The notes under the pieces are model-generated. The model saw nothing but the letters and a program-made list of their open reading frames with translations. It did not search any database and was not told the DNA's origin. From the IMG/VR virus record IMGVR_UViG_3300023284_000573, positions 1 to 48,975 of that record: a DNA stretch of 48,975 nt; one strand, written 5' to 3'. The position numbers and the translations under genes were made by a program. Within the stretch, counting starts at the first letter, position 1. Each line of letters begins with the position of its first letter. This document shows positions 15,258 to 23,838 of this stretch, one piece after another. Source of the stretch: a virus.

Positions 15258-15509
15258 CTATGTATTATCTATAATTACCACTAAAAGTGTACCCAGTAAA
15301 CCTAGCGCAGCAGCCCCCATGTAAATGATAATTTTTAATTCTCCGCGTATTCCTGCAACATCTATCTTCACTTTATCTCCATCCTTTTCTAAATCTCCAA
15401 CGCGATTGTGTAGTTTTTTAAATTCATATTTCCCAGATAACCAGATTTTCTCGCATAAAACTCTGACAGAATCTTTTTTGAAATTTGGTGTTTTAAAGGC
15501 ATCGCTCAT
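15258..15509 (-). CDS. Tail-anchored membrane protein (83 aa)
   Basis: C-terminal TM IIIYMGAAALGLLGTLLVVII. Confidence 0.5.
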   Translation of the reverse strand: MSDAFKTPNFKKDSVRVLCEKIWLSGKYEFKKLHNRVGDLEKDGDKVKIDVAGIRGELKIIIYMGAAALGLLGTLLVVIIDNT

Positions 15510-15512
15510 ACA

Positions 15513-15830
15513 TTAACATCCTCTCCACTCATACCCTAAGCGATACAAGATTTCATCAAAGTCATTATGCTCAGGGATTGTTAGTTCCTGTCCAAAATCA
15601 CACATCTTTTCAAGATAGTATTTGAAGTCTTGAATATCGTGACGGCGTTGCCTTCTGTTGGCATCTTCATCCTGGTATTGGTCTATCTGGGCTTGCGCTT
15701 GTTTAAAGGTTTCAAATTCATCCAGGGTAACCCACATAACCCCTGACCACACTCCAAAGGCATAGATAGCTCCAATGATAGGGATAAGCGCACCAACGCT
15801 TCCAAGTGTCCATTTGTGGGAGACTCTCAT
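15513..15830 (-). CDS. N-terminal TM protein (105 aa)
   Basis: LGSVGALIPIIGAIYAFGVWSGVMWV. ATGA overlap with the 812-aa gene. Confidence 0.5.
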   Translation of the reverse strand: MRVSHKWTLGSVGALIPIIGAIYAFGVWSGVMWVTLDEFETFKQAQAQIDQYQDEDANRRQRRHDIQDFKYYLEKMCDFGQELTIPEHNDFDEILYRLGYEWRGC

Positions 15831-18265
15831 CGTTCTTCCTCGGCAAACCCCAGAAAGTCTCTAGCAGCAGCAAAGGCTCTTCCCGGTATCTCTGCTCCAG
15901 GACCAAATAAAATAGGTGCAATACCTGCCTCTGCTCTCCCAGCATTTATGGCCGCTGTCCTCTTTACCCCTCTCAAGGACTCTCTAGCTGTACCTCTAGC
16001 TCTTATCCCCCGGCTAATATCTAAGGGCCTTACAATAAAGAAATTAAGTATTGGAATGTTTTCAAATAATCTTGCTGTTCTTTGTTCAAATCCCTTTGCT
16101 TTGGCAAGAAATTCAGGAGATGGTTGCTCACCATTCTTTATTTTGGCAACAACTTCATCTAATTGTTTAAACAAACTAAGCTCTTCTTTAGTGAAAAGAA
16201 GGTTCATAATTTCTGAATTATCTTTTAAAGCGAGATTTAAATCTTTACCAAAACTTGTAGGAAATTCACCTTCAGGAGTGTTACGGAAAAATCTGTTCCA
16301 GGCCGCTTCACGAATGGCATCAAATTGCTCTGAGGGAAGCTCTGCTTTCAATTTTCTTAAATCTCTTTCAAGGCCACGTTTTAATCCCAAACGACTACGA
16401 CCAAATAAATAGTTAGACATTTCATCAGGAGTTAACTTAAGACGCCGCGTACCATCCTTTGTAACATCAGTGAATTCTCTCAAGAAATCCTCTCTCTGGA
16501 AAACTTCACCTAGTTTTCTCCTTGAAGCTATAGCTCTTTCCCACAGTTTCAAAGCAGCTTCATCGCCAAATATCAAAGCTTCTCTCAATGAATTATCAAT
16601 AAATTGATCTAGCTCTGCTCTCATCGTATCAAGAGCTTTGTTTTGTGGACTATCTATTTTTGTCCTATTTTTATTAATCTTTACCCTGATTTCAAATATT
16701 TTATTAATATCAGTGATGCCTTTTGCAGCAATAGTATCATCTAGATCACCAAGAATCTTATTGACTGCTGGCATGTCCTCAATGGGGAAATCTCTGACTG
16801 AATTTTCCAAACCATCTCTGACCGCTACTACCCCCTCATTGGTAACGCCGACTGCCTCACCCTTTTCTCTGGCAAGATCAAACCTTCTATCAACATTCTG
16901 TTTTAATATCTGCCGTCTTTTGACCTGTGCGGCTTGTACTTCAGCGGGGGTGGTCCCTCTGGGATTAAGGCGTTCACCAATAGCAGGGATATTTTCTGCT
17001 GCTTGCGCCATCTGTCTTTCTTCTACTGATCTGGCAATTCTACTTACATCAGGTCCTAACTCTCCTGCTCTTGCAGCGGCTTCAGCCTCTAACAATGCAG
17101 GTTCGCCAGTAACAGCACCGGTAGTTTGTTGTATCGGTTTTGGTAACGCAGCCCCCTTAGCCACTTGGATTAATTGTTCTCTGGTTCCTCCCTGCTTGAG
17201 AAAATCATTCATTATCACAATGCCTTCAGGAGATATATCAATAGGTAAATTATTCTCTTTAAATAATATTCTGGCTTCTTCAGTCAATTCCCCGTTTTTA
17301 ATTAATTTTCTGGAAGTAGCTAATGCCCTTAATTTAGCAAACTGTCTTATGCCCAAATTCAGAATAGGAGTTCCTATGGCTTCAAAAGTAGCGAATGCTA
17401 ACCCGGTTTCAAATGCCCTTTCACCAATATCTTCTACTCCCGCCTGAACATCCAACAGGGCCTGTGTCTCTGCTCCAGCCGCACCAACCCCGATTATCTC
17501 ACCAATACGAGGAATAAAAGTAGACTGTCTTAATGCTTGGCTGCCAACAAATCCACCTACAGCTTTAGCCCCTATTTCACCAGCTATGCGTCCGGCTCTT
17601 ACTTGTGGTATTATCAGACTAACGGCAGTTAATAATTCTGTTGCTGTAGGCCCAAGATCAGCAACACTTAATCCCTTACGATTAAACGCGAATACTTCAT
17701 CAATGCCTGGAATTGTGAAAAACAATCTTTCATCAGGTACACGTTCTTTTTCAGGAAAATCACCTATTGCGCCAGCTAGTAATGGTTGAGCCGCCGCTAT
17801 TCCAGTCCCTGTCCCAGGAATATCTCTGAAAACATCGCCACCAACAGGGGCTTTAAAGATACTGGCATTAGGGAATATCTCCAGTATAGAAGCAAGTCTA
17901 GCCGTATCGTCAGTGCCAAACCTAACTAATCTCCTTTTAAGACGATCAAGATTTTGAGCGGTTTCAACATCAATACCTGGGAAACGCTTTTCAACACTTT
18001 TCTGAAAGCTTTCTGGTGTTTGAGATAATCGCGCCCTGTCTTCCGGTTTAAGAGGTGCTCCAAAGCCAGACGCTGCAAAGGAAAAGAGTTGTGTTCCGAT
18101 TGGCGGAGGAAGAAAACTGCTAAGTTCTTTGGCTTTAGGGGCCCTATCACCAAATTTAATGGCACTTTCAGCACTTCCGGCATGGAACCGGATTACTTCC
18201 GGCGGCGTATCCTCTGGGAAAAGCAAGACATCCCCATTGCTGAGTTCAACTCTTATATCAGCCAT
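15827..18265 (-). CDS. Large virion protein (812 aa), internal/ejection protein candidate
   Basis: Assigned by size and position after the fibre genes. No enzymatic motif recognised. Confidence 0.5.
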   Translation of the reverse strand: MADIRVELSNGDVLLFPEDTPPEVIRFHAGSAESAIKFGDRAPKAKELSSFLPPPIGTQLFSFAASGFGAPLKPEDRARLSQTPESFQKSVEKRFPGIDVETAQNLDRLKRRLVRFGTDDTARLASILEIFPNASIFKAPVGGDVFRDIPGTGTGIAAAQPLLAGAIGDFPEKERVPDERLFFTIPGIDEVFAFNRKGLSVADLGPTATELLTAVSLIIPQVRAGRIAGEIGAKAVGGFVGSQALRQSTFIPRIGEIIGVGAAGAETQALLDVQAGVEDIGERAFETGLAFATFEAIGTPILNLGIRQFAKLRALATSRKLIKNGELTEEARILFKENNLPIDISPEGIVIMNDFLKQGGTREQLIQVAKGAALPKPIQQTTGAVTGEPALLEAEAAARAGELGPDVSRIARSVEERQMAQAAENIPAIGERLNPRGTTPAEVQAAQVKRRQILKQNVDRRFDLAREKGEAVGVTNEGVVAVRDGLENSVRDFPIEDMPAVNKILGDLDDTIAAKGITDINKIFEIRVKINKNRTKIDSPQNKALDTMRAELDQFIDNSLREALIFGDEAALKLWERAIASRRKLGEVFQREDFLREFTDVTKDGTRRLKLTPDEMSNYLFGRSRLGLKRGLERDLRKLKAELPSEQFDAIREAAWNRFFRNTPEGEFPTSFGKDLNLALKDNSEIMNLLFTKEELSLFKQLDEVVAKIKNGEQPSPEFLAKAKGFEQRTARLFENIPILNFFIVRPLDISRGIRARGTARESLRGVKRTAAINAGRAEAGIAPILFGPGAEIPGRAFAAARDFLGFAEEER

Positions 18266-20189
18266 TTACATCTTCCATCTGCCCGGTATCAAGATTAAAC
18301 CTTTGAGTCTTTCCGATAGTTGGTTGTTGCTGGTCTGTCGGCAGGAAATTAAAACTTCTCGCTAATGACTTGGCATTATCACTTAGTGCATCGAATAAGT
18401 CATCAAAGAGCGCCTGTTCTGTTTCAAATGTGGCCCCCGGCCCCACCTGTTTTCTGCTAAGAGACTGACGGCGGAATTGTTCTACATCCTGTTTGAAATT
18501 ATTTCTCAAGACTGTTATGTTCTGACTTGGATCACCAGCCGTACCCGTAATCTGTCTCAATGCAAATTCAAAGTCTTTATCTGAAATTCTGGCTGAACCA
18601 TTATTATTACGAATAGCAACAGCAAACGCTAATCTAACTAAGTTGGCTTTTACAAGTGCAGCATCATCACCAAGGTCACTAATCTTATCAATAATTCCAA
18701 TGCCTGTGTCAAATAGTTCATCAACCAAATTAGGATTAGAAAGAAGAGCATCAAGAGAAACTATTCTGTCACCATTTTCACTATAAATACCTGAAATTTC
18801 TCCCGTAACAGGGTCGTTCCCTTTAAATAAATCTACAAATCCTGTGACCTGATCTATTGTAGCACCTGCTATTCTAACAGCAGACCCCAAGGGACCACTA
18901 GCAACAGCAGCAGGTTCAGCAGACCCAGCTATCAAGGCTATAATTTCAGCCCCCACTTCAAGAGAGCTTTGTGTGCTATCTTTAAAGTCACGGAAATCTA
19001 TAATATCTTGTTTACTTAGTAAACCTGTCGTTGCCCCAATATCACCTTGGGTAAATGATTGAATCCGACCTTGGTCATCAAAGTTTATAACAAGACCTTC
19101 TCTAGAAACAGACTTAGCAATCTGAGCATTTAAAATAGCAACATCAGGATCGTTTTCACCTTTTTCAGCAATAAGAATATTTCTTTCGTCAATTAGTTTT
19201 TTAATATTGGTTGGCGCTACTGGTTCTTGTGCTTTTGCTATTACCGTTGGTGAACGCGCTCCTGTGGCGTCCTGTAATATTGCAGGATTCCTTCTCAAGG
19301 CTCCTAGTTCACCATTATTAAAGAACGATTGTCCATCTGGCCCAGTCATTTGAGAAAAGGCATCTAGGATTTCTGCTTGTGTTCCTGTGAAGTTATTGCC
19401 AGCATCGAATAAAGAATTAACATCATCCATTGCTGTTCCGCCCCTTGAACCAGGAATGTTGGATAGTCTTTGATTGCCACGCGCCTCTTTTAAAACACTC
19501 ATGGCAAATCTGGCTTTATCAGTGCCAGAACCTAAGAATCTTGTATCTGCCATTTGTTGCAATGTAGCAACTTGACTAGGATCACCCATAATTTCAGCAA
19601 TAGCACTGGCGGATAAATCACCCAATCCTAGTTCAACAGCCACTTCTTCAAGTCCCTGCAATTCAAGAAAACGATCAAAGTCTTCTGTTGAACCAGTTCC
19701 TAAAAATGTATTCACCAAGTTACTAGCACCCTGTGGATCACCAGTCATCTGAGCGACAATCTGTTCAATGATTACTCTAGCATCTCTAGCTTGTTGTTCT
19801 GGAAGGTCCTTTATTACTTCGCCCTGATCTTTGATAAAATCAAAGACGTTGGATAAAATTTCACCTTGAGACTGTCTTTGTTGGATTCTTGCCGCCGTTG
19901 CCTGATCTGAAGGCAACGGTTGTCCTCTAAATCCTGCCGCAATGTTGGAAAATATTAATCCAAGAGTTCCTAAAGGATTATCTTTAAAGTTTTGCCTGAA
20001 AGAGGGCGCTTGTGTTTGTATTTGAGGGGCACGTATTTGTTCTCTTTGCGGTGCTTGTTGTTGAGGCTGAGTAGGAGCCTGTGCCCCTGGAACTACTGTT
20101 CCCTGAATATCAAGAACATTCTCAGGATCAAGCGAGGAAAAGCCCAAACCACCAACGCTACTTACCTTTTCTTGAACGGTATCAACCAT
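18258..20189 (-). CDS. Large virion protein (643 aa), internal/ejection protein candidate
   Basis: Q/P-rich N-terminal low-complexity region. 8-nt overlaps with both neighbours. Confidence 0.5.
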   Translation of the reverse strand: MVDTVQEKVSSVGGLGFSSLDPENVLDIQGTVVPGAQAPTQPQQQAPQREQIRAPQIQTQAPSFRQNFKDNPLGTLGLIFSNIAAGFRGQPLPSDQATAARIQQRQSQGEILSNVFDFIKDQGEVIKDLPEQQARDARVIIEQIVAQMTGDPQGASNLVNTFLGTGSTEDFDRFLELQGLEEVAVELGLGDLSASAIAEIMGDPSQVATLQQMADTRFLGSGTDKARFAMSVLKEARGNQRLSNIPGSRGGTAMDDVNSLFDAGNNFTGTQAEILDAFSQMTGPDGQSFFNNGELGALRRNPAILQDATGARSPTVIAKAQEPVAPTNIKKLIDERNILIAEKGENDPDVAILNAQIAKSVSREGLVINFDDQGRIQSFTQGDIGATTGLLSKQDIIDFRDFKDSTQSSLEVGAEIIALIAGSAEPAAVASGPLGSAVRIAGATIDQVTGFVDLFKGNDPVTGEISGIYSENGDRIVSLDALLSNPNLVDELFDTGIGIIDKISDLGDDAALVKANLVRLAFAVAIRNNNGSARISDKDFEFALRQITGTAGDPSQNITVLRNNFKQDVEQFRRQSLSRKQVGPGATFETEQALFDDLFDALSDNAKSLARSFNFLPTDQQQPTIGKTQRFNLDTGQMEDVNG

Positions 20190-21501
20190 CTAATTGTTCC
20201 TTTAATTCTTTCACGCCTTGAAGGGCTATAGCTGCCAACATGGAATAATCAACCATCAAAACTCCATCAATCTCCATAACAGCTTCCGGGAAGTCCTTTT
20301 GCAGGTCTTGAGCTATTACCCCGATTTGAGGTTTGTCTGAATTTATGAAATTGAATTTAATGCCTTTGGTGTTTGTAAGCTTATCAAGAACAGAAAACTC
20401 CTCAATATCTTTTTTCATTCTAATATCAGAAACTCCTACAGCACCTAGTCCTTGCAAGGCCCCTCCTATGCCACCAAGAATGTCAATAAATCCTGGGCTT
20501 TGGGTCTGTGTCGTGGTGCCAGCAACATTCTGAGTAGCTGTCCCTGCTCTGAATCCTAAAAGACTACTCAAAGTTTGAGCCGCCCCTGTCTGAATATTAG
20601 ACGCACCCAATCCTAATCCGAAAGTCTGGTTTATAAGGTTGCTAGGCTGCCCTAGGATGGCCCCTACGTTGGTTGGAGCAGCACTCGGGTCCAATGCAGC
20701 CGCTAGAGCAATACGGTTCTTCTGGGCCGCGTCAGCGAGACTAAGTTCTAATCCTGTTAATCCACCAGCAGTTTGAAGGTTTTGCCCTATCAATCCTGAA
20801 AGAGCCTGTGCTTCCTGCCCTCTAACAGCAGATTCCAACTGGCCAAACTGTCTTGTAGCCTCTCTTGCCACCAAACCACCTCTATCAATAATAGGACTAT
20901 CGCTCGGTCTTAAACCTAAACCGGGTGCTAGTTCTTCTCTTAATAATCTTAATTGATTTTGAGAAAACGCTTCAATATCCGATCTTCCTGCGGCTATAGC
21001 TTCTTCCGCTGCTGTACCAAAGAACTCTCTCTGGGCTTCTGAAGGCAATCCACCCCTTTGGATAATGTCGAACTGTTGTCTTAAGGTCTCCTCTCTCAAC
21101 GGATCAAGAGACTGGGCACGCTCTAAATCCAGTTGTGCAGCACTAAGCTGGCTTTCAATAAAGGCCCGTCTTTGGGGGTCTAAAGCAGCTTCAGTTTCCA
21201 ACTGGGTTCTTAGAAGAGAAACATTGGCTTCCTGAAGGGCTATTTCATTCTGAATAATCTGGGTTTGTATTTCAGGGGTTAATACCTGACCTCGAATACG
21301 AGCCTCTTCAGCAGCCAAATCCAGCAAAGGCTGAATAGCTGCAAGCTGTTGCTGAAATGCGGACGAAGTCAGATCAATATTTCTCGATACAGCTTCGGCA
21401 ATATTTGCCTGTTGTTGTAATAAAGCCAATTCCTCTGGTGAAGGTGGGTCAGGCGTTATCTTTCTGGTTTCGTTTATTGTAGTTGTGGTTTTGCTTCCCA
21501 T
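20182..21501 (-). CDS. Coiled-coil fibre-like protein with a C-terminal peptidase S74 intramolecular chaperone domain
   Basis: C-terminal segment GVSDIRMKKDIEEF...IGVIAQDLQKDFPEAV...VDYSMLAAIALQGVKEL is the S74 signature. Confidence 0.7.
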   Translation of the reverse strand: MGSKTTTTINETRKITPDPPSPEELALLQQQANIAEAVSRNIDLTSSAFQQQLAAIQPLLDLAAEEARIRGQVLTPEIQTQIIQNEIALQEANVSLLRTQLETEAALDPQRRAFIESQLSAAQLDLERAQSLDPLREETLRQQFDIIQRGGLPSEAQREFFGTAAEEAIAAGRSDIEAFSQNQLRLLREELAPGLGLRPSDSPIIDRGGLVAREATRQFGQLESAVRGQEAQALSGLIGQNLQTAGGLTGLELSLADAAQKNRIALAAALDPSAAPTNVGAILGQPSNLINQTFGLGLGASNIQTGAAQTLSSLLGFRAGTATQNVAGTTTQTQSPGFIDILGGIGGALQGLGAVGVSDIRMKKDIEEFSVLDKLTNTKGIKFNFINSDKPQIGVIAQDLQKDFPEAVMEIDGVLMVDYSMLAAIALQGVKELKEQLDG

Positions 21502-21899
21502 GTCAATCTCGTTGCTATCATGTTACCTGATAAGGCGACAAAGCCGCCACGTTTCTTAAGCATTCTTTTATAACTTTTTAATTCATTAGGAACTGTTCCT
21601 ATTACCATTTGCGCTCCTGAGTTTCTTAAAGCTGCCATTGCTGTCAGAAATAAAACTTTAAATAGCTTTGACTTCCTGACAGGATGGAGGTCTTCGCGCA
21701 TTATTAAGTGTTCCAAATGAGCCGTAGGTTTACCCATAAATATCTGGATGATACCTTCTACTACCCCATCATCTTCAACTACCATCCATGTCTGCATATT
21801 CTCCCAATCCAACTCACTTAACCATTCATAACCAGTATCAGACATAAGTTCCTTGAACCGGGGAATGTCTCTATTTTCAGCTACGCGAGTTGTTATCAA
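21474..21899 (-). CDS. GNAT-family N-acetyltransferase-like protein
   Basis: AHLEHLIMREDLHPVRKSKLFKVLFLTAMAALRNSGAQMVIGTV...YKRMLKKRGGF has the GNAT core layout. Confidence 0.55.
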   Translation of the reverse strand: MITTRVAENRDIPRFKELMSDTGYEWLSELDWENMQTWMVVEDDGVVEGIIQIFMGKPTAHLEHLIMREDLHPVRKSKLFKVLFLTAMAALRNSGAQMVIGTVPNELKSYKRMLKKRGGFVALSGNMIATRLTWEAKPQLQ

Positions 21900-22666
21900 G
21901 CTATCACACTCCCAAAGGTTGAACCTGCCCCGCTTATGCCGACAGTAAGACCGCTTTTATCTACTGCCACTCCTGCTGCCCCTCCAGCGCCTCCTGAAGC
22001 TTGGCCAGCATCTCCTACCGTCCCAGCAACCCCTCTGTTGCCTCCTGCTCCTCCAGCACCTGAATCTATATCAGCACCACCTCCAGCGCCTCCTGTGGTA
22101 TCTCCACCTGCCGAACCTGGATTGCCTAATGGGGAAGCGCCTCCAGCACCATTTCTAGCACCTCCACCTCCTCCGCCTCCCTGTCTGGCTGCGGTGCTTC
22201 CTCCACCACCTCCACCGCCACCTCCGCCACCAGCGGAGATAGTGCCATTATTTACAATCGAACCGGGTATAGAGTTTGCTGCGCCATTAAAATCAATGCA
22301 GAGTTGGCCTACGGCTCCAGGGCTTCCGTTTATGGGGGTTGTTGGATCACCAGTACCGCCGTCCCCCCCCTTGCCTCCAAAGGCTCTCAATTGAAAGGTA
22401 GCATCAATTATTAAGTCTATTGTTGATTGCGTGCCGGTATTGGGGATGGTTCCTGCTCGTACAAGCCCATTTGCTGTCAAGGTCCCGTTCTGAGTAGCGG
22501 CATAAGTTACCGTGAGTTTAAGATCGTCTGTCCCGTTCCAGCCATCAGCAGTAGCAAGGGCACTCAGGAAGTGTTCTCCTTGGTCTGCCGTAACAGAAAC
22601 AGTATGTGTGGCTACGGGAAAACCCGCTCCACCCAATATTGCTACTCTGGATGCTCCTAAAGGCAT
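21896..22666 (-). CDS. Glycine-rich tail/fibre-associated protein (256 aa)
   Basis: The C-terminal half is GGxGG-type repeats, including a G11 run and a G7 run. Located within the fibre cluster. Confidence 0.6.
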   Translation of the reverse strand: MPLGASRVAILGGAGFPVATHTVSVTADQGEHFLSALATADGWNGTDDLKLTVTYAATQNGTLTANGLVRAGTIPNTGTQSTIDLIIDATFQLRAFGGKGGDGGTGDPTTPINGSPGAVGQLCIDFNGAANSIPGSIVNNGTISAGGGGGGGGGGGSTAARQGGGGGGGARNGAGGASPLGNPGSAGGDTTGGAGGGADIDSGAGGAGGNRGVAGTVGDAGQASGGAGGAAGVAVDKSGLTVGISGAGSTFGSVIA

Positions 22667-23838
22667 TATGAGAAGTTTAACCCCCCTTCAAAGCCATACC
22701 AGATAGTCCCTCCGTCAACTGTCAAAAGAGCAACTACGTCTCTGCCTGCTGCTGTCAAAGAAGGAGCAGTACCACCGACCCAGTCTACAGAAGCAGGCCA
22801 GTTAACTGTCTGAGAACCGCCATTTGTTATAATCAGGGTAATGCTACCCGCTTTTCCTGTAGCTGGGGGGTTGTCCAAAGTGAAGGTATTGGCAGAAGTA
22901 TCCACCGTAAGCGTTGCAACGTTCCCTAAAGTGAGGTCAATGCTTTGTGTCCCTCCACCCGTAGAGCCAATAATATTAACTGTTTCAGCATAGTCTATAA
23001 ATTCAGGCCGCGTAATTGAACTATCGCCCATATTAATGGCATTACTGTTGGCGTCCAACGCCCCACCAAGCTGAGGAGTAGTGTCTTCGACAACATTAAA
23101 AATAATAGTCCCACTAGCATCTGGCATGGTTAGGGTTCTTGTTGTGCCAGTAGCAATAGTAGAGGGATCGAACTTCCAGACCGCTGTAGCATCAGCCGGA
23201 TCAAGTATTACAACATCACCAGTCCCGGCAGCTATCAAGGCCAAATCGGTATTTGTATCTGTTCCTGTGGCTCCTATACCAATTCTGGGAGCGTTGCCTA
23301 TAGCAGCATTGGTTATTCCTATATGATTAACCGCCGATGCTGTTTCCACAAATTCCAGAAGCTCAAGCGTGCCATTCCCTAAAGCAAAGCCATTTACATC
23401 TAATTGGCCTCCTAATTGAGGGGTGGTATCGCCAACAAGTTCAGCAGTAACCCCGGTAACCGTCCCTGTCCCTTTGGGCACAAGTGCAATGCTTATATCT
23501 GTGTCCGTGCCCTGAGCTACAATACGAACAGCGTTACCAGTGGTCTGAGCTTCAAATGTTAATCCGTTTGTAAGTGCGCCTCCAGCCGTAGCGCCATCCC
23601 ACCTGAATATTCCAGCAACACCAGTCAACTGAAGCCCTATAATATCATCAGATATTTCTTTTAATTCGGAATCAGCATCAGCATCCAGAATAAGAGCGTT
23701 GCCATTAAAATCCGCGTCTTTGGTTCGAGGAAAGCCCAAGTCTTCGCCATTATTGAACACCTGATCAAAAGAACTGTTCAGGTCTGAAGCATTAAGTACT
23801 TCTCCAGCTATCCAGGTTTTGAATTTTGATACAGCCAT
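22666..23838 (-). CDS. Tail fibre protein with an internal duplication
   Basis: Two copies of GNAxRI..GTDT..GTG plus DTTPQLGGxLDxN modules. The C-terminal W..GGTAPSLT..DGGTIWYG motif is typical of fibre tips. Confidence 0.65.
   Translation of the reverse strand: MAVSKFKTWIAGEVLNASDLNSSFDQVFNNGEDLGFPRTKDADFNGNALILDADADSELKEISDDIIGLQLTGVAGIFRWDGATAGGALTNGLTFEAQTTGNAVRIVAQGTDTDISIALVPKGTGTVTGVTAELVGDTTPQLGGQLDVNGFALGNGTLELLEFVETASAVNHIGITNAAIGNAPRIGIGATGTDTNTDLALIAAGTGDVVILDPADATAVWKFDPSTIATGTTRTLTMPDASGTIIFNVVEDTTPQLGGALDANSNAINMGDSSITRPEFIDYAETVNIIGSTGGGTQSIDLTLGNVATLTVDTSANTFTLDNPPATGKAGSITLIITNGGSQTVNWPASVDWVGGTAPSLTAAGRDVVALLTVDGGTIWYGFEGGLNFS

Noticed and set aside
15816-17447. 198-aa and 269-aa plus-strand ORFs antisense to the 812-aa late gene
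   Set aside because: These are shadow frames of a long, tightly coupled minus-strand gene. Their composition is S/L/P/A-rich and there are no initiation signals.
22120-22130. GATTGCCTAAT half-site of the TGCCTA palindrome inside the glycine-rich gene
   Set aside because: It has a single arm with no partner arm, it lies in coding sequence and it is on the opposite strand. It is likely coincidental.
21936-22394. 152-aa proline-rich plus-strand ORF
   Set aside because: It is the reverse-complement reading of the GGN glycine repeats in the 21896-22666 gene. It arises from CCN repeats.
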